A stretch of DNA of 64,000 nt from Candidatus Melainabacteria bacterium. Its GTDB lineage: Bacteria > Cyanobacteriota > Vampirovibrionia > 2-02-FULL-35-15. The stretch spans positions 3,589 through 67,588 of the forward strand of contig JACPSL010000018.1 in the NCBI GenBank assembly GCA_016193285.1. Reading direction: 5' to 3'. How positions within the stretch are numbered: the first letter of the stretch is position 1; each line of letters begins with the position of its first letter. Both the position numbers and the translations under genes were made by a program. This document shows positions 47,509 through 57,105 of the stretch, piece by piece. The notes beneath the pieces were generated by a model that worked only from the letters and a program-made list of their open reading frames with translations, was not told the DNA's origin and did not search any database.

Positions 47509-47816
47509 AAATCTTACAAAGAGAACACAATTTAGAAATAAAAATTTACAGAAAAATATTTTTATTTATTTTCTAGACCTACAAGCTAAATCCTTATTTT
47601 AGGGATATCCAGGATTTATTACCTACGCCAATTGGACGAATTTTCTACATTAAACCTTAACCTAAATATGTTTGTTTTATGATAAAGGGATAGCTAGGTT
47701 TCTAATGTAATTGTATGAGGCATTATGTGATAGAGAGCACTTACTATAAGGATTTAATAAGGTATAGTGTCTGAAGTTTTATTTCATTAAAGTAAAGTTA
47801 GAAAGGTTAATTAAAA

Positions 47817-48746
47817 TTGAAAGATAAGAAAAAAAGTCCTGAAATTAAATATTCTGTGTTTGAGACATGCTCACAGAAAAGTTATGAAATTGATCCACCT
47901 TTGAAAGAATTAACACACTCTTTAAATGAAATTGCAGGAGAGTTAAGAACTGAAGAAGCTACTGAAGATGTATCGAGAAAAGATAAAAAACCAACTAGTA
48001 AAGAGATTTCTTTTTTTGCAAAAGAAATTAAAAATTTGCCAGAGTTAAAATTAGATTTTAAAGAACCTTTACACAGAATTGCAACAACATTTAGTAAAGC
48101 TTTTGCAAGTCTGAGAGACTATGAAGAAGCTAATGAACAAATTCAAGAATTGCTTATAGAAAACTTCTTTCATACTGCAAGCACATTAGCAATGGCAGTA
48201 GAAACAAGAGACCCATACACTGGAGGTCATTCTGAGAGAGTTTTTCAAATTGCTGCAGAATTAGGAAGAAGATGTAACTTAAGCACGATTGAACAGCTTT
48301 ACCTGCAAGGTGGTGCTTTATTACATGATGTAGGTAAAATTGGTATTCGAGATGGTGTTCTTTTAAAACCTGGGCCACTTACAGATTCTGAATACAAAGA
48401 AATGCAGCTGCATACAATAATTGGAGCTCAGTTAGTTAAAAAGCTAAACTGCTTGTATGGATGTATTGATGTAGTTATTCTTCATCATGAGAGAATTGAT
48501 GGCTTTGGATACCCATATGGGATAAAAGGAAAAGAAATACCACTTATAGCTAGAATAACTTCTATAGCTGATGCATATGATGCTATGACAACAAATAGAA
48601 TTTACAGAAGAGCACTGAGTCATGAACAAGGAGTTGAAGAAATAATTAGAAACAGCGGCACACAGTTTGATCCAGAAATAGTTAAAGTTTTTGTCCCTTG
48701 GTGGGAAGAAAACTTTCAACACAAGTCATACAAAAATGCTGTTTAA
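47817..48746 (+). CDS. HD-GYP domain phosphodiesterase
   Basis: RDPYTGGHSERV, LHDVGKIGI, HHERIDGFGYPYG, ADAYDAMTTNR.YR. Confidence 0.92.
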   Translation: MKDKKKSPEIKYSVFETCSQKSYEIDPPLKELTHSLNEIAGELRTEEATEDVSRKDKKPTSKEISFFAKEIKNLPELKLDFKEPLHRIATTFSKAFASLRDYEEANEQIQELLIENFFHTASTLAMAVETRDPYTGGHSERVFQIAAELGRRCNLSTIEQLYLQGGALLHDVGKIGIRDGVLLKPGPLTDSEYKEMQLHTIIGAQLVKKLNCLYGCIDVVILHHERIDGFGYPYGIKGKEIPLIARITSIADAYDAMTTNRIYRRALSHEQGVEEIIRNSGTQFDPEIVKVFVPWWEENFQHKSYKNAV

Positions 48747-48753
48747 AATTTTT

Positions 48754-49113
48754 TTACCGAATTCTATCTAAGTCTAATTCCTGAGCAATTATTATAAGAG
48801 AAAATCTGTCAATCCTTTCATATAAAACATCTTCTAAATATTTCATGAGTCTATATAACAAGAGCTTAACTGTACACTTTTTCATTATAAGTTCTTTAGA
48901 GATCTTTTCGTTAGAAAATCCACCTGCAACTAATTTTAAAACCTTGATTTGCTTATGAGTAAGAGCAATTTTTATACCTTTATGGTTTAAAATAGTTTTT
49001 TGATTTAATAGAATTCCTTTTTGTTTCAAATAGTTTTGATGATCTATTATTTGCTCATAAGCAGAAAAGGTGGATCTAGTTTTAAGGTTTAATTTTCTAG
49101 CTTCTTCTCTCAC
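48754..49113 (-). CDS. Small LuxR-type HTH protein
   Basis: LTHKQIKVLKLVAGGFSNEKIS..L.MKKCTVK. Confidence 0.7.
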   Translation of the reverse strand: MREEARKLNLKTRSTFSAYEQIIDHQNYLKQKGILLNQKTILNHKGIKIALTHKQIKVLKLVAGGFSNEKISKELIMKKCTVKLLLYRLMKYLEDVLYERIDRFSLIIIAQELDLDRIR

Positions 49114-49326
49114 AACAACAATATTATGAGAGAGAGGTACAGAAAAGTTAATCAGGTTAATTCTGGTATTTCATTAATTAAGACTTTAAGGAAATTTGTA
49201 AAAATTACAAAAAATCTAACAAATATTTTGTTCTTCATTAGCTTGTTGTAATTTTCTAATTAAAAACCCTAAGGATAAATATTATTACTTTACAATATTT
49301 ATAATTAATTAATATTTTGAATAGGT

Positions 49327-50067
49327 CTATCTAAGTTTATGTCCAAAGCCTAATTTAGAAGCCAGTCGTATCAATGTTCTTGGTTTAACTGGATACATGT
49401 AAAATGCTTTTGCAAGTTTGTCTTTAATTTCGTTTACATATGACTGGACTGTCTTAGTTTCAACATCTAGTAGTTCAGCTATTTCATCATTTTCTTTTCC
49501 ATCAACCATGTAATGTAATGTTTCTCTTTGCCTTGGAGAAAATTGAACCTCAGGAAGATGTTCAGCAGTAAAAATAACAAGCTCATCACTTTCATAAACA
49601 TGTCTAATTAAATTTGCAAGTTTCCCAATTGAAATTGCTTTCTCAATATAAGCTGAGGCCCCTATTTCTAAACATCTGTGTATTCTTGCCCATCCTGTTT
49701 CATTAGAAAATATAATTACCTTACATTTAGCAAGCGCTCTTAGCTTATGAATATATGGCTTCAAGTCATATTCCTCACAATCTGGCATTTTAAGATCCAA
49801 TAAAACCATGTCAGGTTGTAACCCTGCAACTTTGTCCATCAGCTCGCCATAAGAATGAGCAGTTCCAATAATTTTAATTCTTCTATCTTTGTTTAAATCA
49901 ACTTCAACACCTTGAATTAAGTAAGGATGATCATCAGCAATTAAAATCAATATCATTTCTTTTTTGGGATTATAGGTATTTAATTTAGAAGTTCTTGGTG
50001 GATGATATCTAAAACTACTTTTTGAAAATGTGTACAAGTATCCTTGATGTTGTAATGCTGTTTCCAT
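49327..50067 (-). CDS. NarL/FixJ-family response regulator (REC-LuxR HTH)
   Basis: ILIADDHP, PDMVLLDLKMP, GASAYIEK, FSPRQRETL..MVDGKENDEIA..L. Confidence 0.88.
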   Translation of the reverse strand: METALQHQGYLYTFSKSSFRYHPPRTSKLNTYNPKKEMILILIADDHPYLIQGVEVDLNKDRRIKIIGTAHSYGELMDKVAGLQPDMVLLDLKMPDCEEYDLKPYIHKLRALAKCKVIIFSNETGWARIHRCLEIGASAYIEKAISIGKLANLIRHVYESDELVIFTAEHLPEVQFSPRQRETLHYMVDGKENDEIAELLDVETKTVQSYVNEIKDKLAKAFYMYPVKPRTLIRLASKLGFGHKLR

Positions 50068-50307
50068 AGTGTTTTAAGTTAGGAGTTATTTTACATCAAA
50101 GATAAAATTTAAATTATTAAATTTTCAACCTCTAATACTTTTACCAATCCAAAAATTAATCAAATTCAATGATTTGAAAATCATCCTTGTCTAAATAAAA
50201 AATATTTAATCTTCGTTGAGGTGAGTAAGATTTTACCTTACCTTTGGTTAAGCCCTTAAAGTAAGTCATAAGCCACATTTTGTATTAGAATATCAATCAA
50301 TATCAAT

Positions 50308-51561
50308 ATGCAAAATACACTTACTAAAGGCAACATTGAAATTTTAATTAAAGGACTTACAGAACAACCTCGCTTACAAGAGAGCTCAAACATAATATCT
50401 CTAACTAGTAATGAACTTACAGATATCTTATTAAAGATAAGCAAGGATATAAGAGAAGAAATTTCAATTGATCAGCTCTTAGAAAACACAACTAAAATTC
50501 TAGGTGAATCTGGTATAGCTGAAAGAGTCTTGTTATTTCAAATAGACAATGATTATTCAAAAACATTATTAACACATCATTGGGAAAGTGCTTATTTACC
50601 TAAAATAAATCCACTTGGTTTTCAGTTAGATTTGAGTGACATGACTTTACTAAAACTTCTACGTTTAAACAAAAGGCATACTTTGCAAATAGAAGATCTG
50701 TCTCATTTTTTACCTCTGCCAAATTACATTTTTAAAAACAAAATAAAAGCACTTTTCCTTAAATTAAAAACAAAGTCTCTTCTTGTAACTACTGGAAGCA
50801 CTTACAAAATTAAAGTTGCAGTTAACTTACAATTTTGTACAAAGAACGTTATATGGAGTAATGAAATTGAAAAACTTATCCAGTCAATTGCTGACCAATT
50901 AGCTATTGCAATTGAACAAAATATAGAAAAAAGAAAAAAGGAAAATCTACAAAAAAACATAATAGAGCTCCAAGAATCTGCAAACCAAGAACAAGAGAGG
51001 CTTTTAAAGCACTTTGCTAGTGAATTACATGATCTTCCATGCAGCATAATTCCAGCTTTAAAAAAGGCAATTCAAGAAAGAGATTTTAAAGAATGTGAAA
51101 AACTTGTTGATGAATTACACTACAATTTAAGACATCTTATAAATGAATATATGATTCCAGACATAAACTTGTTAGGTTTTGTTAGTACGCTGTATCAATT
51201 TCTAAATGGTTTTAAAAAATCTTTTAAGGGGAAAGTTATTGTGGATCTTTATGATGAAGAAATTAATATCTCGCACAAAATGGCTGTTGAATTATTTAAG
51301 GTAATTAAAGAGTGGTTGTGTAATATAGAAAAACACTCTAAAGCAAATGAAGTATATTTTAATTTAAAGAAATTAAATGAAAATTATTTTTTAATTACAA
51401 TTTCTGACAATGGAATTGGTTTTGATCTAAATGGCACAAGAAATCTTGGTTATGGCATATTAAACATAAAGCAAAGACTTAAAGAAATAAAATCAAAGCT
51501 TGAAATTAAAAGTGAAATAAACAAAGGTACAACACTAAAAATACAATTTTGCTTGATATAA
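50308..51561 (+). CDS. Cytoplasmic GAF-domain histidine kinase (HisKA_3/HATPase)
   Basis: GAF-like N-terminus, ELHD H-box, NIEKHSKA, ISDNGIGFD, GYGILNI.QR, GTTL. Confidence 0.85.
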   Translation: MQNTLTKGNIEILIKGLTEQPRLQESSNIISLTSNELTDILLKISKDIREEISIDQLLENTTKILGESGIAERVLLFQIDNDYSKTLLTHHWESAYLPKINPLGFQLDLSDMTLLKLLRLNKRHTLQIEDLSHFLPLPNYIFKNKIKALFLKLKTKSLLVTTGSTYKIKVAVNLQFCTKNVIWSNEIEKLIQSIADQLAIAIEQNIEKRKKENLQKNIIELQESANQEQERLLKHFASELHDLPCSIIPALKKAIQERDFKECEKLVDELHYNLRHLINEYMIPDINLLGFVSTLYQFLNGFKKSFKGKVIVDLYDEEINISHKMAVELFKVIKEWLCNIEKHSKANEVYFNLKKLNENYFLITISDNGIGFDLNGTRNLGYGILNIKQRLKEIKSKLEIKSEINKGTTLKIQFCLI

Positions 51562-51568
51562 TCTTTCT

Positions 51569-52000
51569 ATGAAGCTTACTACTAAAGGCCAATATGCAAT
51601 TCAAGCAATGATTGATATTGCATCACATTGTATTAAATCAAAAGTACCAATATCTCTTAGAGAAGTAGCTTGTAATCAAAACATACCACTTCCTTTTTTA
51701 GAACAAATTGCAATAAAGCTTAGGAGAGCTGGTTTAATAAAAAGTACAAGAGGTCCTCAGGGTGGATATCTTCTTTTAAAGGATAAAGCAAGTATTTCAC
51801 TGGCTGATATTCTTCAAGCCGTAGAAGGTCCTATTAATTTAGCTCCAACTGGTAGTAATGAAGCAGTGGTTACTTACGAGTTATGGCAAAAACTTAATGG
51901 AAGTATTTTTAAAATTTTAAAATCAATAACACTAGAAGATCTTTATTATGATTCTATTAGTTTTAAGGCATCAAAAGAAAATCAAGCATATGTACAATAA
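51569..52000 (+). CDS. Rrf2 family transcriptional regulator
   Basis: MKLTTKGQYAI, FLEQI..KLRRAGLIKSTRGPQGGY, ILQAVEG; upstream of a cysteine desulfurase. Confidence 0.9.
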   Translation: MKLTTKGQYAIQAMIDIASHCIKSKVPISLREVACNQNIPLPFLEQIAIKLRRAGLIKSTRGPQGGYLLLKDKASISLADILQAVEGPINLAPTGSNEAVVTYELWQKLNGSIFKILKSITLEDLYYDSISFKASKENQAYVQ

Positions 52001-53162
52001 AAAAATGATTTATGCAGATCATAGTGCTACTACACAAGCAAGGCCTGAAGTAATTCAAGCTGTGGTAAAGGTTCTAGAAGAAGACTTTGGCAATCCTTCA
52101 AGTATTCACTTTTACGGGAGAAAAGCAAAGGAACATTTAACTGGTGCTAGAACTGAAGTTGCATCAGTAATAAATGCAAAAGAAGAAGAAATAATTTTTA
52201 CAAGTGGTGGGACTGAAGCAGATAACATTGTTATTTTTGGTATTGCAAGGTCTTTTGAAGCACTTAAAATTAAAAATAAAGATAAACATATAATATCTAC
52301 TAAGATTGAACATCCAGCAATTAAAGAACCACTTGAGTACCTGGAGAAAAAAGGCTGGAGAATTACCTGGCTAAATGTAGATAAGGAAGGATTTATTGAT
52401 CTGAATGAACTTAGAAAAAATATTACAAAAAAAACATTACTAGTTTCAATCATTCATGCAAACAATGAAATTGGAACTATACAGGATTTAAAAGAAATTT
52501 CTAAAATATGTAAGGAAAATAATGTTTCATTTCACGCAGATGCAGTTCAATCTTTTGGGAAAATCCCTATAAATGTAAAAGAATTAAATATAGATTTTAT
52601 GTCAATGTCAGGACATAAGATCTATGGCCCAAAAGGAGTTGGAGCACTTTATCTGAAGTCTAAAGATTTTTTAGAGCCTTTAATAATGGGCGGTGGCCAG
52701 GAGAGTAATTTAAGACCAGGTACTGAAAATTTAGCTGGTATTGTTGGTTTTGGAGTTGCATCAAAGTTATTAAAAAAAGAAATAAATGAAAATGCAACAA
52801 GACTTCGAAAACTTCAAACCATGCTTATTGAAAGCTTGTCAAAAATAAAAGGTATTATTTTAACTGGTTCAGGTATTGAAAATAGAATTCCTGGCCATGT
52901 AAGTATTTGTTGTAAAGATGTAGAGGGTGAGAGTCTTGTTTTACAAATGGACTTGAAAGGCATTGCATGTAGTTCAGGATCAGCATGTAAATCTCATAAT
53001 GAGTTTGAACCATCTCATGTTTTACTTGCATGTGGAATTTCAAAAGAGTATGTAAAAGGCTCTCTAAGATTAACTCTAGGAAGAGAAAATACTAAAGAAG
53101 ACATAAATTACATTGTTGAATCAATTAAAGATATTGTAAACGTAAAGCTTCTAGTACCATAG
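51990..53162 (+). CDS. iscS: Cysteine desulfurase (IscS/NifS type)
   Basis: YADHSATT, GNPSSIH, FTSGGTEADN, SGHKIYGPKGVG, SSGSAC; ORF track starts at 51948, but 51990 or 52005 is likelier. Confidence 0.92.
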   Translation: MYNKKMIYADHSATTQARPEVIQAVVKVLEEDFGNPSSIHFYGRKAKEHLTGARTEVASVINAKEEEIIFTSGGTEADNIVIFGIARSFEALKIKNKDKHIISTKIEHPAIKEPLEYLEKKGWRITWLNVDKEGFIDLNELRKNITKKTLLVSIIHANNEIGTIQDLKEISKICKENNVSFHADAVQSFGKIPINVKELNIDFMSMSGHKIYGPKGVGALYLKSKDFLEPLIMGGGQESNLRPGTENLAGIVGFGVASKLLKKEINENATRLRKLQTMLIESLSKIKGIILTGSGIENRIPGHVSICCKDVEGESLVLQMDLKGIACSSGSACKSHNEFEPSHVLLACGISKEYVKGSLRLTLGRENTKEDINYIVESIKDIVNVKLLVP

Positions 53163-53179
53163 TTTAATCTCGAGAAATT

Positions 53180-53270
53180 CGGAGAGTGAGGGATTCGAAC
53201 CCTCGATAGAGCTTTTGGCCCTATAACTTCTTAGCAGGAAGTCGCTTTCGACCAACTCAGCCAACTCTCC
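53180..53270 (-). tRNA. tRNA-Ser(GCT)
   Basis: Minus strand GGAGAGTTGGCTGAGTTGGTCGAAAGCG..ACTTC-CTGCTAA-GAAGT, long variable arm, GGTTCGAATCC T-arm; CCA not encoded. Confidence 0.95.
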
Positions 53271-53278
53271 ATTTTTAT

Positions 53279-53354
53279 GCTCACGATAAGCGTGAGCTTC
53301 CGTTGGTAGATCCCTTTCACCTGATCGGATTCACCGAGTAAATCGGATGAATCC
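53279..53354. repeat. 76-nt double-hairpin element, copy A (immediately 5' of tRNA-Ser)
   Basis: Same stem, bulge, loop and 29-nt spacer geometry as 58518-58593, with compensatory changes. Confidence 0.7.
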
Positions 53355-53607
53355 TTTATTGATAACGCCTCGGAACTGCTACGCAAATTCCTCGGCTATT
53401 AGATGTGTCACATCACTCGCTCGGACTTCTGCCTTGGGAAAATCCTTGCTTAGAATTTTTATTTTTCAGTATACTCTTTGTTAGTATTTTTTCCCTAAGG
53501 GATTTATCCATTTTAACAGTAAATATTCCTAAATATTATACTGGTAGAATATCCCTTGCACAATTTGTCTATTATAAGATAAAGTCTTAATAGTTCTCTC
53601 GTGACAA

Positions 53608-54975
53608 ATGAAAAAGACAAATATAATTACAATTATTTTATTTACATTGATTGTTGCTCTTGCTGCTTTTATTTTAGAACAAGATAAAGTTACTGGAGAA
53701 ACTAGCTGCCCACAAATACAAACTGATTGTGCAGGTGAACCACCTGGATGTGATTCTCCATTTGGAATTTATGATCCAACAATATGTATGTGTACTTGTC
53801 CTACTTCAAAACCAAATGACTTAAGCAGTAATAAATGTCTATGTCCCCAAGGGCAATATGCACTGGGCAATATGTGTTCAAAAGTTATTCATGGGGACTG
53901 TTTCCCAAAATACAAACCTGTCTGTGGTTGTGATGGGGTAACTTATGGAAATAGTTGCGTAGCATCATTTTTAGGAGTAAAAAAGAAAACAAAAGGTATT
54001 TGTAATTCCTTAAACCAAGAATTCGTAGTTTGTTTATCTGACGGGGATTGTCCTTTTGGCAGTTGCCAAGACGGAAGAACTTACCAAAAATATTCTTGTC
54101 TTGAAAGTATATGTGAAGAGTTAAATTTCTTTGCTGATCCATGCTTAGTAACATCTTCAGATAGCTTAGGAGATATCACACTAAATAAAAACTTTGCAGG
54201 TTTATGGAAAGCAAGAGTTTCTTCAAGTTCAGTAGAGTGTATTATTTGTACTCAAGTTGTTCCTCAATGTTTAGCTAACCAGACTTTAGTACCTCAAAGT
54301 TGTACTGAATGTGCACATTGTGTTAATGCTGTTACATCTTCAAGCTCAAGTTCATCTTCTTCAGGTAGTTCTAGCTCTCTTTCTAGTAGCTCCTCTTCTG
54401 GTTATTGTTGTACTTGCAACAATAGTATGCTTAATTGTACTGGTACTCCAACTTGTTCTGTAGGTGGAGGCAACACAGTTGTCTGCTCTGGTAACGATGC
54501 TTTTTGCTGTCCTTCTACCAATCTTAACTGTAATAATGCTATCTCATTTAATCAGCTCTCTTGTGTCTCTTCTTCAAGAAGTTTGTCTCCTTCTAATAAT
54601 AGTAGTTCTTCATTGTCATCTTCAAGCTCAAGTAGTGAATCAGTTATAAAAACCAACTTGCTTCATATAAATGAAGGACTTAGTGGCTCAAGAATTATTA
54701 CATTTAAACTTTGTGTTAGAGATGGAAAACTAGAAGGAACAGTCCATCAAGGTGATGTATTTATAAATGGAGTAATAAAATCACAAAACATACTTTCAGA
54801 AAATGAGGTCATCATAGACATAGTAGATAAAAACAATAACTCAACAAACTTAAGACTAAATCTTATTAGCAAGCGAGAAATGCAAGTAACATTTTCTGAT
54901 GAGCATACAACAAATGCTAGAAAACTTAATCTTTTTAAAAGTTGTTTATTAAAAAATCAAAACTCAAGAAAGTAA
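53608..54975 (+). CDS. Secreted Cys-rich protein with Kazal-type domain and poly-Ser tracts
   Basis: N-terminal signal/TM; PVCGCDGVTYGNSCVA Kazal motif; multiple Cys modules and S-runs. Confidence 0.8.
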   Translation: MKKTNIITIILFTLIVALAAFILEQDKVTGETSCPQIQTDCAGEPPGCDSPFGIYDPTICMCTCPTSKPNDLSSNKCLCPQGQYALGNMCSKVIHGDCFPKYKPVCGCDGVTYGNSCVASFLGVKKKTKGICNSLNQEFVVCLSDGDCPFGSCQDGRTYQKYSCLESICEELNFFADPCLVTSSDSLGDITLNKNFAGLWKARVSSSSVECIICTQVVPQCLANQTLVPQSCTECAHCVNAVTSSSSSSSSSGSSSSLSSSSSSGYCCTCNNSMLNCTGTPTCSVGGGNTVVCSGNDAFCCPSTNLNCNNAISFNQLSCVSSSRSLSPSNNSSSSLSSSSSSSESVIKTNLLHINEGLSGSRIITFKLCVRDGKLEGTVHQGDVFINGVIKSQNILSENEVIIDIVDKNNNSTNLRLNLISKREMQVTFSDEHTTNARKLNLFKSCLLKNQNSRK

Positions 54976-57069
54976 CTACTCAAACTTAAAAGCCTTACTG
55001 TATACGCTTTTAGAAACAATTTGCTTATTACATTGAATCCCGCCTGAAGAAGAATTAAAAGATACATTAGTCTTTGGTTCAGCAATAAGGATTAGATCAG
55101 CAAATGTCATTGAAACAAATTTTGGAGTAATTCCTGTAATTGTTTTCCCATCATCTGAGATAGAAACAGAGCTAGAACAAAATTTATTACTTCTAAAACA
55201 TACTTTTATATTTTTTGTAAAAATTGAAGGGTCAATAAAACCATCAATAGTAAACTCTGTACCACCTGAAAGAGGTCCTTTAATTGGAGCAATGCTTTTA
55301 AGTATTGGGCCTGGCTGAAGTTCAGTTATTGAAGTAATTGTGCTATCTTGAAAGTCAGGAACTATCAAGTATCTGCCATATGGATCACTAATTAAAGAGC
55401 TATTTTCAGAACCTTCTCCAATTGAATATTCACATACTAATGATAAGTCTATTAAATTCAAAACTTTGATTTTTCTCTGAGAATCTTTTTGAGCTAAAAC
55501 TAAAACATTGTTATTGTCAGGAGTAATATCAACACCTAAAACATTACTGACATCATTAAATTCTACAGACTTAAGAATTCTTGCTAGTTTAAGATCAAAT
55601 GTGTCTAATTTATAAACAATAATTCCACTTTCATCAACAACATTAGCTACAGAAACAGCTATTTTGCCATCTTGACTTAAAGTTGAAATAGTTTTTCCCT
55701 CAACCTCAGTACCTAAAAAACGAATTATCAATTTATTATTAAGCAGATCTAATATGTGCAAAACATGTCTTCCCCCAAAAGAAGAAGCTACTGCCTTAGT
55801 AGATCCTAAATCAAATTTAATTCTGCTTAAAATCTCATCAACCTTAGAAGATATTTTTGCTGGTATATCAAACTTAATTAGTTTTCTTGTTCTATTTATA
55901 AAAATACCAATAGACTCAGCAAAAGCTTCACTAAAAGTTATTACTGCTTCTTTAAAATCTGGAGCAAACTCAATTGACTTAGCATTATCTGGTATGGAAA
56001 TTTCTTTCTCAATTTTTTCAGTAGAAGTGCTGGCAATTACAAACTGTGGAGATTTTTCATCATCATCACTGACAATTAATTTTTTCCCCTCGTTATCATT
56101 AAAGCTTGCTGCAGTGATGCCTTTCTTAGCAAAGTAAAGAGTTCGTACTCCGGAACTGTCTGAAGAGAATGGATTTACAGCGCTAACTGAATTGTTAGTT
56201 AAATCTATAATTTGAATAATTGGAAAACTTCCACTTGAGCTGGATGAAGTAGCACCTGAACTACTTGAAGAGGAACAAGGGTCACTAGAAAATGTAATTA
56301 AAATACACATTGCACCACTACTACTGCTTGAAGCTGTACAGGTGAATTGCTTATATTTTCTTCCATCGTTGCAAGAACTTAAAGGACATTGATCATCGCT
56401 TATACAAGCAAGGTTGCTTTGAAATCCACAATTTGCTTTTGTATATTTTTTAATTCCATTTGCTCTTGCAATACAACTATTTAAATAATTTTGATTATCA
56501 CATCCGCAAACTGCATCTTGTGTACTTGGACAGGTTAATGTACCAACTACACAAGAGGCCTCGTCAAAGTAATTTCCAGAAGAACATTTACAACTTGTTC
56601 CTTGATTAACTTGTTGAAGAAGAGTACTGCTTTCACTTGAAATTGCTGAAACAAGTGCTTTATTTTTATCTTTGCTGATGCCAATTTTTAAAACGTTAAG
56701 ATCTAAATTTTCCCCGCGTAGAGGAATAAGAACTTCATGATTAATCATGTTAGAAGAGAAATTAAATTTTCTAACATAAGGTTTTTTTGATGAATCAACA
56801 ATTAAAAAGAAAGAACCATCACTTGAAACTGATAAATCTGTAATATTATTTAAACACCTATCCTCTATGCATCTTGGAATACTACTAACTACTTCTGCTT
56901 TAACCGAGGCTATTAACAAAAGAAAAAAACTAAAAAAGACAACACAAGTATAAAATTTTTGTATGGATTTTACTAATAAATTGTTTTTAATGCATGACTT
57001 ATTCATTATTTTTAAATTATAGTTGTAGTTGCTAATTGGTCGTAGGGAAAGCTTTATAAATAATAACAA
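54976..57069 (-). CDS. Secreted beta-propeller-like protein with inserted Kazal-type/Cys-rich module, poly-Ser linkers and C-terminal IPT/TIG-like domain
   Basis: AVCGCDNQNYLNSCIA; propeller-like repeats (LSVSSDG, IEFAPDF, VDITPDN, ISDPYGR); PILKSIAPIKGPLSGGTEFTIDG. Confidence 0.75.
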   Translation of the reverse strand: MLLFIKLSLRPISNYNYNLKIMNKSCIKNNLLVKSIQKFYTCVVFFSFFLLLIASVKAEVVSSIPRCIEDRCLNNITDLSVSSDGSFFLIVDSSKKPYVRKFNFSSNMINHEVLIPLRGENLDLNVLKIGISKDKNKALVSAISSESSTLLQQVNQGTSCKCSSGNYFDEASCVVGTLTCPSTQDAVCGCDNQNYLNSCIARANGIKKYTKANCGFQSNLACISDDQCPLSSCNDGRKYKQFTCTASSSSSGAMCILITFSSDPCSSSSSSGATSSSSSGSFPIIQIIDLTNNSVSAVNPFSSDSSGVRTLYFAKKGITAASFNDNEGKKLIVSDDDEKSPQFVIASTSTEKIEKEISIPDNAKSIEFAPDFKEAVITFSEAFAESIGIFINRTRKLIKFDIPAKISSKVDEILSRIKFDLGSTKAVASSFGGRHVLHILDLLNNKLIIRFLGTEVEGKTISTLSQDGKIAVSVANVVDESGIIVYKLDTFDLKLARILKSVEFNDVSNVLGVDITPDNNNVLVLAQKDSQRKIKVLNLIDLSLVCEYSIGEGSENSSLISDPYGRYLIVPDFQDSTITSITELQPGPILKSIAPIKGPLSGGTEFTIDGFIDPSIFTKNIKVCFRSNKFCSSSVSISDDGKTITGITPKFVSMTFADLILIAEPKTNVSFNSSSGGIQCNKQIVSKSVYSKAFKFE

Positions 57070-57105
57070 TACTATTACATTGAAATATTTGCTATCATTA
57101 TTCAG

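Noticed and set aside
53180-57069. Genomic island integrated at tRNA-Ser
   Set aside because: The Kazal pair lies on the 5' side of the tRNA, and no integrase or duplicated tRNA 3' end was seen.
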